From the NCBI GenBank assembly GCA_030390025.1, contig CM059431.1, positions 109,494,001-109,558,000 of the forward strand: DNA of 64,000 bases. Direction: 5' to 3'. Origin of the DNA: Squalus acanthias (taxonomy: Eukaryota). Below are positions 37,855-51,155 of this stretch, piece after piece (the stretch's first letter is position 1; each line of letters begins with the position of its first letter). Position numbers and translations under genes: made by a program. The notes under the pieces are model-generated. The model saw nothing but the letters and a program-made list of their open reading frames with translations. It did no database searches and was not told the DNA's origin.

Positions 37855-38390
37855 ATTCGTTTATGGGATGTGGGCGCCGCTGGCAAGGCCAGCATTTATT
37901 GCCCATCCCTAATTGCCCCTTGAGAAGGTGGTGGTGAGCCGCCGCCTTGAACCGCTGCAGTCCATGCGGTGAAGGTACTCCCACAGTGCTGCTAGGGAGG
38001 GAGTTCCAGGGTTTTGACCCAGCAACAATGAAGGAATGGCGATATATTTCCAAGTCAGGATGGTGTGTAACTTGGAGGGGAACTTGGAGGTGGTGATGTT
38101 CCCATGCGCCTGCTGCCCTTGTCCTTCTTGGTGGAAGAGGTCGCGGGTTTGGGAGGTGCTGCCGAAGAAGCCTTGCTGAGTTGTTGCAGTGCATCTTGTA
38201 GATGGTACACACTGCAGCCACGGTACGCCGGTGGTGGAGGGAGTGAATGTTTAAGTTGGTGGATGGGGTACCAATCAAGCAGGCTGCTTTGTCTTGGATG
38301 GTGTTGAGCTTCTTGAGTGTTGTTGGAGCTGCACTCATCCACGCAAGTGGAGAGTGTTCCATCACACTCCTTACTTGTGCCTTGTAGCTG
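37855..38390 (-). mobile_element. Second CR1-clade LINE family, 3' fragment
   Basis: MEHSPLAWMSAAPTTLKKL...SLHHRRTVAAV...WNSLP. Confidence 0.85.
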
Positions 38391-40460
38391 CAGCTATCAA
38401 ATGATTAAAAGAAGAAGCCAGCTATCAGTTCTCATATTCAAGCACAGACTCAGCAAGTTCAGACATTGCAGTCTTATTACGCCATCTGACTGACAACTAT
38501 TAAAGTACCAGATGCCAAAGCTAACATTGTCACTAAAGGTTCAAAATGTGCAGGATTGGAAAAGTTTAGGAAGTTTCAGCTCTCTGCATTTACTTCTGCT
38601 TGTCTTTATTGTTACTGCAAGATAAAGCACAAGTTGACAATGCCTTGGAACATTGTTTGTATTTCAGCATGTTATCTAATGCGTGCTTGCTTGGCTGGTC
38701 CTTCTCTTGTTGACTGCGGACATTTCACCACCTGCCATTTCCACTAAGATTAGGCTGAACAAAGTTTGCATAAATGAAAGAGATAAGGTAAGTAAACAGA
38801 ATTCTTGCGCTTGTGATTATGAATCGGCAAGTTACTGGAACACAATATTTCAGGAGAATATGAACTCGTCCTTTATCGTCGAACAAAATTGACTAATGTT
38901 TGCCAATTAGACAAAGTAATAGGGTCCACAGTCTCAGAATATGTTGGATCTTTGCTTAAATAGGGGTGCCAAGAGAACCTCAGTGATTAGGTCAAAGTTT
39001 CCTGACAATCTTTACATTTTTTTCCCCGACCTTTTTAAAAGCATTTTCGAATAGTGCTCATCCGTGGGATTTTCTTTTATTCAATGGCCATAAAATTCAA
39101 GGAGCTTATCTTCCATTATTAATCCGTTATCTTCTTTCAACAGAAGAATCATAAAGATATACCAGTCCACTTGATGTGTGATCAGGGAGAACTTTGGCCT
39201 TCCGAAGGTGCATTTCAGCTGCCTCAACAAGTTGATAGCACACTACGATTAGAGATAATTAAAATCAGTTCCCCCGACCCCCCACCCATCCCCTCAGGTG
39301 GTGAATTGGTGAAAAATATCACAATTACTGGTTGAACTTGAAAAGCTGAAATTTCCTACTTTTTTGAACTAAAAGTCAGGTCCAGAGGTGCATGCATATC
39401 GCACCCTTAACATCAGCGTATGTTGCCTGTGGACAGCATGGTGTGATGGGTGTACATGTCTGGACCCAATTTCTTGGTGGAAAAAGCAGCATAAAATTAG
39501 GAGTTCCTTTTCAAAAAGGGGGTTGGTTGTTCTTTAGATCTCAAGGGGAGGACCATAATCTTCATACTGCAGCAAACGTCAGCTTTCCATAACCAGTTAG
39601 TTATGGAGTAAGGACAAACGCAGTTTACACACAGCTAGCCCATTGAGCACAAGAGGTCATCAAGGATCGGCTCCAGTCGCACATCAAGGCGTTGTTTGCT
39701 AAAGCAAGATTGCCACTGTTCCCCGTGTATGATGCGAAGCATTTTGTTATTCCACCACCAAGTGCCTGGAGCCAAACCAAAAAACACAAGCTTTTCAGTT
39801 TAAAAATAAACCTATCTAGGGGCTAAGTGAGAGTCTAGTGGTGAGCCCCATAAAAGTGGCGGCCGTGAATGGTGCAATTAACAATTGGTTGTCATTTAGC
39901 TTGACTGTATCTTTAAGTCCTTTGCTTGTTTTCTTCTCTTTTGGTGATGTTCAAGATAAATATAATGATTTATTTCACATGTTTTTTTCTGATTTTATCC
40001 AGGTTTTTTTGGGGGATCCAATTCCCTCCTGACTGATTTTCCCCAGTTTTTGTTTTCATTTGAGTTTTTTAAAAGGCAATAAAATCTAACTTTAATGATC
40101 CTTAATTGCATCATAATTATCAGTAAGTTTTTTCCCCCACATTCTTCTGGCTTTCTGTGTGTGAATGATTATAAGTTGGAGGAGGAATGATTATGCAGTA
40201 CCCATAATAATGAAATAATAAAGTTTTGGCAAGTCAGCCAAAATAATTTTCAACTGGATAATTCTGAAAATCTAAGGGCCAAACTTACTGATCAGCATTT
40301 TTCATAATTAAAGGGGGAAAAGTTTGTGTGCGCCAACGGAATTGTCGGTGTCACTGGCAACTCGAGTTAACGGCCGCCGAAAATGGCTGCAGCGCTACCG
40401 TTGAAAAATTGGCTCTGGGGGTTGGCGATGTGGAGCGCAGCGCAGCGCTAGCTTACCGTG

Positions 40461-40478
40461 CAGCGCCCTCTTGGTGGC
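40461..40478 (-). promoter_or_regulatory. CTCF-like motif inside the Harbinger element
   Basis: Reverse complement GCCACCAAGAGGGCGCTG resembles the CTCF core consensus. Confidence 0.5.
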
Positions 40479-41964
40479 GTTAATGGAGGCCTCTGACCCA
40501 AAGTTCCCGTCCACAGTCGGTGTTGCAGCTTCTCACAGCCTCTGGGAGCGAGGCTGTGGAGTTCGCAAGGCATTGTGGGCATTTAAAGGGGCAATGAATT
40601 AAAGGGACAAGGCATTCAAAACTAATGAAAATTAAAATTAAGTGAAAAAATGCATTTTTCAGCCCTTACTGCCTTTCAAAAAAAAACATAAACATTAAAA
40701 ATAATTCCCAAATACAGTCTTCAGCTCTTAAAGCTGAATTGTCTTCCGCACCTAAAAAATGGGAAAAGTGCTTCAGCACTAACACAAACGGCTCAGCAAG
40801 CCAGGGAAGGGGCACCCAGGGTCTCGCACGCAGCACTGCAACTTTGTGCAGGGGGTCAACACTGCAAAAGAGGTCCTCTACCCACAGGGGCCAGGAGACC
40901 CTCCAGAAAAAACGATGTGGGACCAGATCACCGAGGCCATCACTGCCAGCAGTGCCGCCCCCATGACCTGGCTCCAGTGCCCAAAGAGGCTTCATGACCT
41001 CAGACCACTAGTCAAGGTCAGTGAAAGCATCTTCAAAAGCCATCTCCCACCAACTGCATCACTAGCCTTACACACTGCTCAAAGCACAATGTCCCCCCCC
41101 CTCCCCACCAATCACTCACCTAACAACAACCTGTATCAATCACGAGGCACATCTCCTATTCCTAGCCTCACTTCACCCCCTTGAGACGGTGCTGACCATT
41201 CTTGGCAGGAGCATGGCTGAACTCTTGGCCAGCGGTGGGGCTCAAAGGATAAAAGATGCTGGTATCCACACACATTATCCTCCTTCTCGCATGCACCTCT
41301 TGCTTTCCCGCCCTCCCCTCACCATAACTGCACCCTTGTGCCTTCCTCATTTCACACACCCAAGAAATGCAGCCTGCCCAGCCAGTGGTTGACCAGGAAG
41401 ACAGAGAGGAGAGTGAAGAAGAAGAAGGTGAAGAAGAAGAAGAAGAAGAAGAAGAAGACGAAGACGAAGAAACACTGTCACTTGATTTGACACTCCCAAC
41501 CACCAGCTCCTCAAGGTCGACCAGCAAGGCCATTTGCAGTTCCCCCACTGAAAGTCAGCAGCCTTCCACCAGCCATGCTGCAGCCACTGGGATAGCACTG
41601 CGTGACGTCACTAGGATAAGCAAAGGCACACACAAGACGATCACTAAGGGAATGCATTAAGGGTGATGAGTTGAATTCTTGATGTCATATTGGATGGATA
41701 GATGAATAAAGTTAGATTGGAATGTTTGCTTCATGGTGGCTTTTGTTTTAGCATTGTGGCCAAGAGGATGCTTTGATGGTCAGTAACAGAGGGAAGATAA
41801 GGTGTGGAACAAGTGTTGAAAGGGGAATTGCAGTTGTGGTCATTGGCACTGCAGGTGGATGATTCCATCCCGGCCAGAAAGGGGCAGCCTGGGTTGCATC
41901 CTTCCTTCTGCTTCCTCCTCTTCGGCTTCTTCCTCTTCTGTGTCTTCCTCGTCCCTCTGCGAGT

Positions 41965-42110
41965 AGATGCTGTAAATCTGAAATGACAGCATAAAATGCT
42001 GGAAAATACTCAGCTGGTCAGGCAGCATTTTGACCTGAGACATGAACTCTGTTTCCCTCTCCACGTATGTTGCCTGACCTGCTGAGTATTTGCAGCATTT
42101 TCTGTCTTCT
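41965..42110. mobile_element. Penelope-like inverted terminal fragment nested in the Harbinger element
   Basis: AAAATGCTGGAAAATACTCAGC...GCTGAGTATTTGCAGCATTTT form inverted arms. Confidence 0.6.
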
Positions 42111-42617
42111 CAGTGGCCTTCCTTTACCATCCAAGGCCTTGCAAGCATCCAGCAGCACTCCCTACACACTTAAAAAAAACTTTTAACATCTATTGCAACA
42201 AGGCACCACTTAAATAAAATTAAAAAAAATGTCCAAAAGCTTGAATCCAAACTTACCTGAAAGATCTGGGTGTCCTTTTAAGAGGTGCTGACATCACCAC
42301 TGTCACCCTGCTTACACACCCGGTTTACCTGGCGTGCTTAGGACCCAGCGCTGAATTCAGCGCTAGGGTTGAACTTCAGAGTGGTGACGCCGACTGAGGT
42401 CACCACGCCGCCTTTTTTTCCAGGGCGGGAGGAAAATGACGGCTGCTGTGGGACCCACCACCAGCTGGCGATAGAGCAGCAGCCGCCATTTTTTCAGCAT
42501 TTCATGGTGCTTCGGAGTGGCGGTAAGTAGATGAATTTCTAGCCCATAGTCTCTTGTAATCTTATTTAAAAGGTGCTCCATTGGGATAATGATATTTTAT
42601 AATGGAAAAATGTAATA

Positions 42618-44148
42618 AGAACATAAGAACATAAGAAATAGGAGCAGGAGTAGGCCAATCGGCCCCTCGAGCCTGCTCTGCCATTCAATAAGATCATGGC
42701 TGATCTGATCCTAACCGCCAATCTACTATCTACTATCACAGAACCATCTCCTGCATCTAACAGAATTGCACACACGAAATAGGAGCAGAATCAGGCTACA
42801 CGGTCCCTGGGCCCGCTCCACTACCCACAGGGCCATGACCGATCCGAACCTAGACTCATGTCCAAATTCCTGCCCGCTCCCCGTAACCCTTAATGCCCTT
42901 TACTTCTAGGAAACTGTCTATTTCTGTTTTAAATTTATTTAATGATGTAGCTTCTACAGCTTTTTGTGGCAGCATATTCCATGGACCTACCACCCTCTGA
43001 GTGAAGTAGTTCCTCCTCATCTCAGTTTTGAAAGAGCAGCCCCTTATTCTAAGACTATGTCCCCTAGTTCTAGTCTCACCCGTCATCGGGAACATCCTCC
43101 CCGCATCCACCCGATCCAACCCCTTCACAATCTTATATGTTTCAATAAGATCGCCTCTCATTCTTCTGAACTCCAATGAGTAGAGTCCCAATCTACCCAA
43201 CCTCTCCTCATATGACCACCCCCTCATCCCCGGGATTAACCGAGTGAACCTTTTTTGCACTGCCTCGAGAGCAAGGATGTCTTTCCTTAAGTAAGGACAC
43301 CAAAACTGTATGCAGTATTCCAGGTGCGGTCTCACCAATACCTTGTACAACTGAAGCAATACCTCCCTATTTTTATATTCTATCCCCCTAGCAATGAAAG
43401 CCAACATTCCATTTGCCTTCTTAATCACTTGCTGCACCTGCATACTAACCTTTTGAGTTTCGTGCACCAGGACCCCCAGATCCCTTTGCACTTCAGTACT
43501 CTCCAGTTTCTTGCCATTAAGATAATAAATTGCTCTAGGATTTTTCCTGCCAAAGTGCATCACCTCACACTTTCCAGTGTTGTATTCCATCTGCCAAATC
43601 TCTGCCCACTTACTTAGCCTGTCTATGTCCCCTTGCAGGTTTTTTATGTCCTCCTCACTCACTACTTTCCCTCCCATCTTTGTATCATCTGCAAATTTTG
43701 ATATGTTACACTTGGTCCCTTCCTCCAAATCGTTAATATAGATTGTAAAGAGTTGGGGACCCAGCACTGACCCCTGTGGAACACCACTAGTTACTGATTG
43801 CCAGTCTGAGAATGAACCATTTATCCCAACTCTTTGCTTTCTGTTAGATAGCCAATCCTCTATCCATGCCAGAATATTACCCCCAATTCTGTGATTTCTT
43901 ACCTTAAGCAATAATCTTTTGTGTGGCACCTTGTCAAATGCCTTTTGGAAGTCTAAATACACTACGTCCACTGGTTCCCCTTTATCCACTCTATATGTTA
44001 CTTCCTCAAAGAACTCCAGCAAATTTGTCAAACATGACTTCCCCTTCGTAAAACCATGCTGACTTTGTCCTATTAAATTATGATTATCCAAATGTCCTGT
44101 TACTGTTTCCTTAATAATGGACTCCAAAATTTTACCTACCACAGATGA
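42618..44148 (-). mobile_element. CR1 LINE, 5'-truncated, with an intact 428-aa RT frame and extended 3' UTR
   Basis: ORF 42856-44142 with FADD; (AACATAAG)n tail. Confidence 0.95.
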
Positions 44149-44151
44149 TTA

Positions 44152-44996
44152 GGGCTAGATTTTGCCAATGGGGGCGTGTTGGGGGCGGGACTGCTGGTTG
44201 TCGGGTTTCAGTCCCTCCCCCAATGACTTCTGGCCAACTCACTCTATTTTCCCTTGATTGACCTTGTTAAGCCCGTCCAGCGGGCTTAGCCGGCCAGTTA
44301 AGGGAAAGCCGGTGACAGAGGACGTCAGCGTATGACATTTCATCTGTCAAAAATTTTTGACAGATGAATTGTCAGCGTTTGACAGCTTAGAGAAGCTGTC
44401 AAACGCTGACAATCTCCGTTCTAAGATGAGGCCTTGCACAAAGACTCACCAAAACCTATTTACTCAGCAGAAATCAGATGGCTGCTGCATCTGAGAATGC
44501 AGCAGCCATTCTGTCATCTCTGCCATTGAGATGAGGCTCCTCCGGATCCCCAAGGGTTGAAGCCTGCAGGAAGAAACAAAGGTAAGTAAACTTTTTCTAA
44601 CACTTTACACTCACCTCTCATACTTACCTCTCCACACTTGCACCCATCACTCACCTCCACAATGGCCTTTTCGATCCCTCTCATCCCCACAGACCCACTG
44701 CTCGCCTCGCTGACCCTGGTGGGGTTTCCCAATGTCGGGAAGCCCGCACTTGGAGGGGTAAAATGGGGATAAGCCTCTTAACTGCCTGTTAACTACCTGT
44801 TAACAGGCAGTTAATTGGCTGTAATCCCCTTTCAGCCTCAAGGAGACGGGTCCCTGCGCGAGTCGGGAACCCACCTCCCGGGAAGATGGCACGGAGGCGG
44901 GTTGGGAGCGGGTTCGGTACCCGCTCCCAGTTTCTGCCATTTTCCCGGCAGTCCTGCCTCCAAACCCGCCTCCCCAGGGCTGGCAAAATTCCCCCC
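44152..44996 (-). mobile_element. Harbinger-like family X (845 bp)
   Basis: TIRs GGGCTAGATTTTGCCA / TGGCAAAATTCCCCCC with a perfect TTA TSD. Confidence 0.9.
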
Positions 44997-46152
44997 TTAG
45001 CTTCTACTAACAATTTCGAAATGGTTTTCAGGGTGCAAGATATGAGTGGGACTAAATGATGCAATCGGCGGAATTTCTATATTTTTCCCCAATGGGAAAG
45101 CACAAAATTGTCCTTAAATTGTCACTAAATTAGAAATCTCACTGAAAGAGGCTTTAAAGATGGTGGAAATGGAAGCATTCATACTGGTGCAATAGAGGTG
45201 TTCCTCTGACATTAGGGTTGCAGCACAGTGTGGGAGCTTTACTCTGAAGCTGGCCGTGTTGTCCTGAATATGGAAGTGTTGTATCCTGGAGCTGGGTACT
45301 TAAAATCGAAAGTGATCTATGCCACAATGTTAACATTCATTGCCTTGATGAGTGCAAAAATCTCACACCCCACCACCCCCCCAACTAAAAATAATCTCAA
45401 CTGCGTTCGTGAAATTCTTGAAACACAATCATTGAAACATAATGGATTCTTTGATCACTTAAAAATATCTCCCCGAAATGTGTTTTTGTAAGAATTCAGC
45501 ACATGTATACTTTCTAATTGCCAATGTAATTAATCACTTCTCTTTTGGTTAAGAGCACTGAACCAAGCACTGTGCATTTTAGATCTATTTACAACTTTAA
45601 TAGCAAATTTGCTTTCTCCTCGATCATTGTAATATTGTCCTTGTCTCAATAAAATCCAAAGATTTTCATAATGGGATTCTTTTTATTTCTAGACTCAGCT
45701 TTACTTCCAGTTTTAGCATTTTACGATACCTCTTCAGTAATTTCTGATTATAAGCCGTACAGAAAAATGATTTTAAGAGGTACAAATGTGCTCAGTGAAA
45801 TCAATAAGAGTTAAGATTACCTGAAACAAATATATTCTTCCTCGTATTATTTTTCCACTGTCCACATTAACTATAGTTGAAACCTACTCGTATGGATAAA
45901 CACCCAAAATATGTTTTTTGTGAAGTTTAAGCCGCAGTTATTAAGGACACTGACACAGACCTGTGACAATGCATTAACAGGGGTGAGAAGTCTTTCACTA
46001 AAGTGGCAGTGAGGTAGTGCCTGTGTTGAATCAGCTAAGCGCAGAACCAGGAGACAGTAATGCTGCAGGGGTGGACTACAGGGGAGAGAGATTGGAGGAG
46101 GATGGAGTGGTTGACGGAGATAGAGAGGATGAGGGAGTCAGTCACACATATT

Positions 46153-46886
46153 GGGCGCGATCTTGCCAGCCCTGGGGAGGCAGGTTTGGAGGCGGGACTG
46201 CCGGGAAAATGGCAGAATCTGGGGGCGGGTGCCCATCCCGCCCCCAACCCGCCTCCGTGCCATCTTCCCGGGAGGCGGGTAGCCGACCCGTGCCGGGTCC
46301 CGTCTCCTGGAGGCGGAAAGGGGATTACAGCCACTTAACTACCGCCAGGGTCACCGAGGCGAGCAGTGGGTCTGCGGGGGTCGGAGGGGTACAAAAGTGC
46401 ACTGTGAAGGTAAGTGATGGGTGCAAGTGTGGAGAGGCGAGTGTGTGAGGTAAGTGGAAAGTGTTAGAAAAAGTTTACTTACCTTTGTTTCTTCCTGCAT
46501 CTCGCATCTCCAAGGCAGAGATGACAGATGGCTGCTGCATTCTCCGATGCAACAACCATCTAATTTCTGCTAAAAAAAGAGGTTTGATGAGTCTTGAATT
46601 CAAGAACTCATCAAACTACAGAGAATGTCAGTGTTTGACAGCTTCACAGAGCTGTCAAATGATGACAATTCATCTGTCAAAAATTTTTTGACAGATGAAA
46701 TGTCATACGCTGACGTTCTCTGTAACCGGCTTCCCTTTAATTGGTCTGCTAAGCCCGCTGGGCGGGCTTAACAAGGTCATTCAAGGGAAAATAGCGTGGG
46801 TTGGCCAGAAGTCGATGGAGGCAGGACTAAAACCCGACAAGTGGGAGTCCCGCCTCCAAAAGCTCCCCATTGGCAAAATCCAGCCC
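46153..46886 (+). mobile_element. Harbinger-like family X, internally deleted
   Basis: TIRs GGGCGCGATCTTGCCA / TGGCAAAATCCAGCCC. Homologous to the other copies with about 100 bp missing. Confidence 0.85.
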
Positions 46887-48109
46887 TATGTTGTTTCTGA
46901 TTTTGATCAGTGTGGTATAACTATAAGTTTAAGAAAAAGAAGAAATAAAGCAACAATTACATTCTATTACACTGCCCGATTGCACTGGTTCATGGAAGAT
47001 TTTATGCTTGTGATTATGCAAATTAATTTTAGCTTAAACTTGATGTGTAATCTAACCAGCACAATTTCTCAGTTGCACCCAAAGTGGAAACTCTACCCCA
47101 AGTACTGTGGGCAGGGCAGAAACCAGATTGGAGGACTTGACTAAGGAGTGCCAAGACATATGCAGGGAAAAATTCGGTATCGACCATTTTGGGGCGCTAA
47201 CATCGCCTGGGCGCAAACTTTAGCGCAGCGCCGGCGACCACGAAATTCAGTTTTAGCGCCCCAAGAGGGAGGTGGAGCACTAAATCAAGACTAAAAACTG
47301 TCCAAGTCAAGATAAATTTTCATTTCATGTTAGCGTAGCTCTGAAGTTAAAAGTATTTAAGTAGAATTAATATAAATGTGAGGGATATTAGTCATTTTAG
47401 AATGTTGTTCTTACTAAACTGCAGTATGTATTAATTTTGGAGGAACTTCAGATTAACATGAATTCTAAACTGTGGCTTAGACACAAGTACAGCACATTAA
47501 TTTAAAAACTAAAATCTGTTTGGGAGAAAAATGAAGAAGTGTTGATCTCATTTGAAACACTGAACCTTAAAAGGGACTTCTTGAGAGTATGAGAAAAAAA
47601 AATAGGACCAACACATAGAATTGAATCATGGCATTTACAAAGTTTGTGTGTATTGATTGGCTTGAATAAGATTAATGTTTAAATTGATTTGGGTTAAAAA
47701 ATAAATAAATGAGCAGCAATGGCTATTCCAGGGACTGACCCTCCTGCGCTAAGCTCCATTAATATTTCCATTTTTTTTTTAATTTAATGCTACTGGGTTT
47801 GTCTATTTGAATTTGGTGGTTTGCAAAACAATCAGTTCACAGCACCACTCCATCATTAGTGGAATGAGGAGCAGTGCTGAGAATTGATCTGTCCAAGTGC
47901 TAGTGGCACTCGAATTCAACCAGGCAAACCCAACAACGTAAAAATAAAATTGGAATTTGAGTCATTCTAAAGATTCAGATGTGGGGAGGGGTGGCGGGGG
48001 GTGTGGGGAGGGGGGGGGGGGGGTGTGCAGTGGTTGCATCATACCTCCAAAATTACACTTGGAGAAACTGTTACTCCCCTAAGTCAGTATCAATGGAGAG
48101 AAGCTATTC

Positions 48110-48720
48110 AAAGTATTACAAAGTGTTTACAGCACAGAAACAGGCCATTCGGCCCAACAGGTCCATGCCGGTGTTTATTCTCTACACGAGCCCCATCAAC
48201 ATATCCTTCTATTCCTTTCTCCCTTATGTGTTTATCCAGCTCTCCCTTGAATGCATCTAAGCTATTCACCTCAACTGCTCCCTGTGGTAGCGAGTTCCAC
48301 GTTCTGGGTAAAGAAGTTTCTCCTGAATTCCCTCAAGGATTTATTAGTGATTATCTTATATTTATGGTCCTTAGTTCTTGTCTCGCCCGCAAGTGGAAAC
48401 ATCTTCTCTTCATCTACCCTATCAAACCCTTTCATAATCTTGAAGACCTCTATCAGGTCACCCCCTTGATCTTCTCTTTTCGAGAGAAAAGAGCCCCAGT
48501 CTGTTCAATCTTTCCTGATAGGTATAACCTCTCAGTTCTGGTATCATTCTGGTAACTCCTTTTTTGCACCTTCTCCAGGGCCTCTGTATCCTATTTATAA
48601 TACGGAGACCTGAACGGTTCACAGTACTCCAAGTGTGGTCGAACCAAGGTTCCATACGAGTTTAACATAACTTCTCTGCTTTTCAATTCTATCCCTCTGG
48701 AAATGAACCCCAGTGCTTTG
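48110..48720 (-). mobile_element. CR1 3' fragment
   Basis: RMIPELRGYTYQERLNRLGLFSLEKRR. Confidence 0.85.
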
Positions 48721-48769
48721 TTCATCTCAACGATCCGCCTGGATTTAAGGCAGCATCCTCGGGATGAAA

Positions 48770-51000
48770 GGGCAGTGTGGTAGCTCAGTGTTCCATGCAG
48801 TTTGCACCATTATTAATTGTTAAACTATTCATGGCAGCTGTACAGACATTGTTTGCCCAACTGCTTAAGTTTACCAGCACCGTTTTAATTTATCGGCGAG
48901 AATCGTCAAATGATTCAAAAGCCAGGATTCTAAATCATGCCAGTTTTCAGACTCCCACAGCACGTGTAAGGTAATATTGGGAAATTGTGCATTGATTTCC
49001 CACTGCGAATATAACTGCACCTTCACACAAGAAATCAATGTGCAGCTGCTGTGGGTGAGGGGAAAAAAAAGAATTCTGACGAAAATAAATACAGTTCTAA
49101 CCTTCTAATAAAATGGAAAAGCATTCATTCACAGCAGTCCTTTCCGTTTTGTTTGGAGTTGCGATGCAGGAAGTTCTGTCAAGAATTGTATAAATGATTA
49201 TCATATCCGAAACAGCTTAGCTATTAGTGAGAAGTCAGCACATGCATTAAACTGCGAATTTGTACCCTAAAGTTTATTCATTAATGGCAGGAGAGGGTGG
49301 GGATGAGGAATGAGATTTCATTTTTTTAAAATATTTGAAGGGATCACATTCCGATTGGGCTACCTCATGCCCTTTCTGGGGTTATCTGGACATAGAGCTT
49401 GAGGCGTACATAACGGACCCATGCTATACTATGATCATGTGTCTCGTTGCAACCAAGTAGCCAGTGTGTCTGCAGTAAACGGAATGAGTGACAGATTTCA
49501 TCCCAATGTGCTATTGTCTAATCTGCAACTCAGTAAACACAGCAAGCATATCCCAACGTACCTCAGCTACTTTTAAAAAACAAGAGGAAAGTTTTAATTG
49601 TTTTAATCAGTATGTGCTTGGTCTTTGTTTTTCCCTTAAGAAAATAATCAGGGCAAAGCAGTTATTGTCTTCCACAGGAAACTTAACTGCACACTCGGCA
49701 CGCTGTGAAATGATTTAGCTTTTGCACCCAAATCTCCCATTGCATATCGGCAGTCTTAAAAAATGGAAATGATATGCCAGCTGGAAATAAACGACTGCAC
49801 TGATGCAATTAAGAATGCTAATAGATTTCAAAAAGTTGACTTGAAGGGTATAAAAAACTGCTGACACGGTTTCAGTGAGGGGCGAGCTCTCTCGCGAGGT
49901 TGCGTCTGTGCAGATCTGAATCCGAGTACTGTTCAAAACACAACAACACAAAGGAAACTCTATAAAATGCATTGACTGGCTTCATGAAAATTAATGACAT
50001 GCACATGCCATAAATCAAAGCGAGTAAAACTTTTATTATATGGCCGATAAATCAGATTTTTATTATATCCAAGTGTATTTGCGTAAACATTGTTGTTTCA
50101 CTTGCTCCAAGTTAATGGTATGCACAGTTTTACAGTCTATAAACAGATCTGCAATACAAGTGGTAAATGTCAAAATTTGCATTTCAAAAAAAAAATAAAA
50201 AAAATATTCTCACTGCATTTCGGAAAAGATCAATCTTAGAACCTTTCAGCATTATGCCAAAACAAATGCTAATGGGACCTGCTGGAATATCAGAGGCTAT
50301 GACAAAGAGATTAAATGCTGTGGCTGCTCAGCACAATCTCTTGCTCATCAGTCCGTTTTACCAGTGTGTTTACTGTGCCCAGATAGGAAGCCAACCTAAA
50401 TTTCGAATTACTGCAGCTTGCTTCAACGTTGTATATCGGGAGCTCTGCTGCCCGCTGTGCTGATCAACTATTCATGCCAGCAGCACACACCAGTCTCCAC
50501 TTCTCATTCATTTTAGTGGGAAGGGCACTGAGGGGAATTTTTAAAAAGCCACTATCAAGCGCTAATGATTTAATTTTCTTTGTTTGTTTGAAGCACAGAC
50601 CAGCCACCAAGAGACACGAGCACGCAAATGATTAGGAAAGCGCTGGAGTTGCCACTTAAATAAAATAAGACATGCGCCATCGGGGCAGTGAGGTAATGAA
50701 TGTTTTCAGAGACTGTCACTTGCCTTCTACCTCAGGATAGATCTGGGGACTGGCCTATTTTAGTCAAAAGGTAGGCATGCATAAAATGCGTTGCTATGTG
50801 GTAACAGAAAGTGGTAGCAGAATACGCCCCCACATTAAGTGCTTCTTTAAAGGTTCCCAGCCCGCCATAAGTGAAAAAAAGATTCGAAAAGAACTGATTT
50901 TTTTTTTAACTTGTCGTCAATGATTCTCTTGCACAGCATTGTACTATTGAAGAATCAGATCGAAAAGGGAGCGGTCATTTTCCAATTCATGCTCCCAGGA
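48770..51000. promoter_or_regulatory. Putative conserved non-coding element / enhancer cluster
   Basis: About 2.2 kb with no recognisable repeat, containing paired TGATTTAT (Hox-Pbx), TTTTATTA, GTAAACA (Fox) and CATTGTT (Sox) motifs. Confidence 0.45.
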
Positions 51001-51155
51001 GGGAGCCTTCCTCACGAGAAATGTACATCCAAAATTTGAGCGTGCGTTGCACGTGATTTGCAACTATTTAAAATAAGGATCAGAAAATGATGTGCCCTGC
51101 CGGCTGAGTTTCCGATTTGGGCTTTCGGAAGGTGAGGCTCCCCACCAGAAATGTG

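Larger units (their letters stand above)
40312..42545 (+). mobile_element. Degenerate Harbinger transposon (Myb/SANT gene on +, acidic tail of the presumed nuclease gene on -)
   Basis: WDQITEAITASSAAPMTWLQCPKRLHDLRPLVK is followed by AG|GTCAGT, then an acidic exon-like segment at 41367-41470. A convergent acidic ORF end lies at 41840-41970. Right end GAATTTCTAGCCC; left boundary approximate. Confidence 0.7.

Noticed and set aside
41367..41660. Poly-Glu ORF as a host exon
   Set aside because: It lies within a Harbinger remnant and is a low-complexity (GAA)n tract.
47980..48025. G-rich runs as functional G-quadruplexes (also 5370-5395)
   Set aside because: These are simple poly-G tracts with no supporting context.
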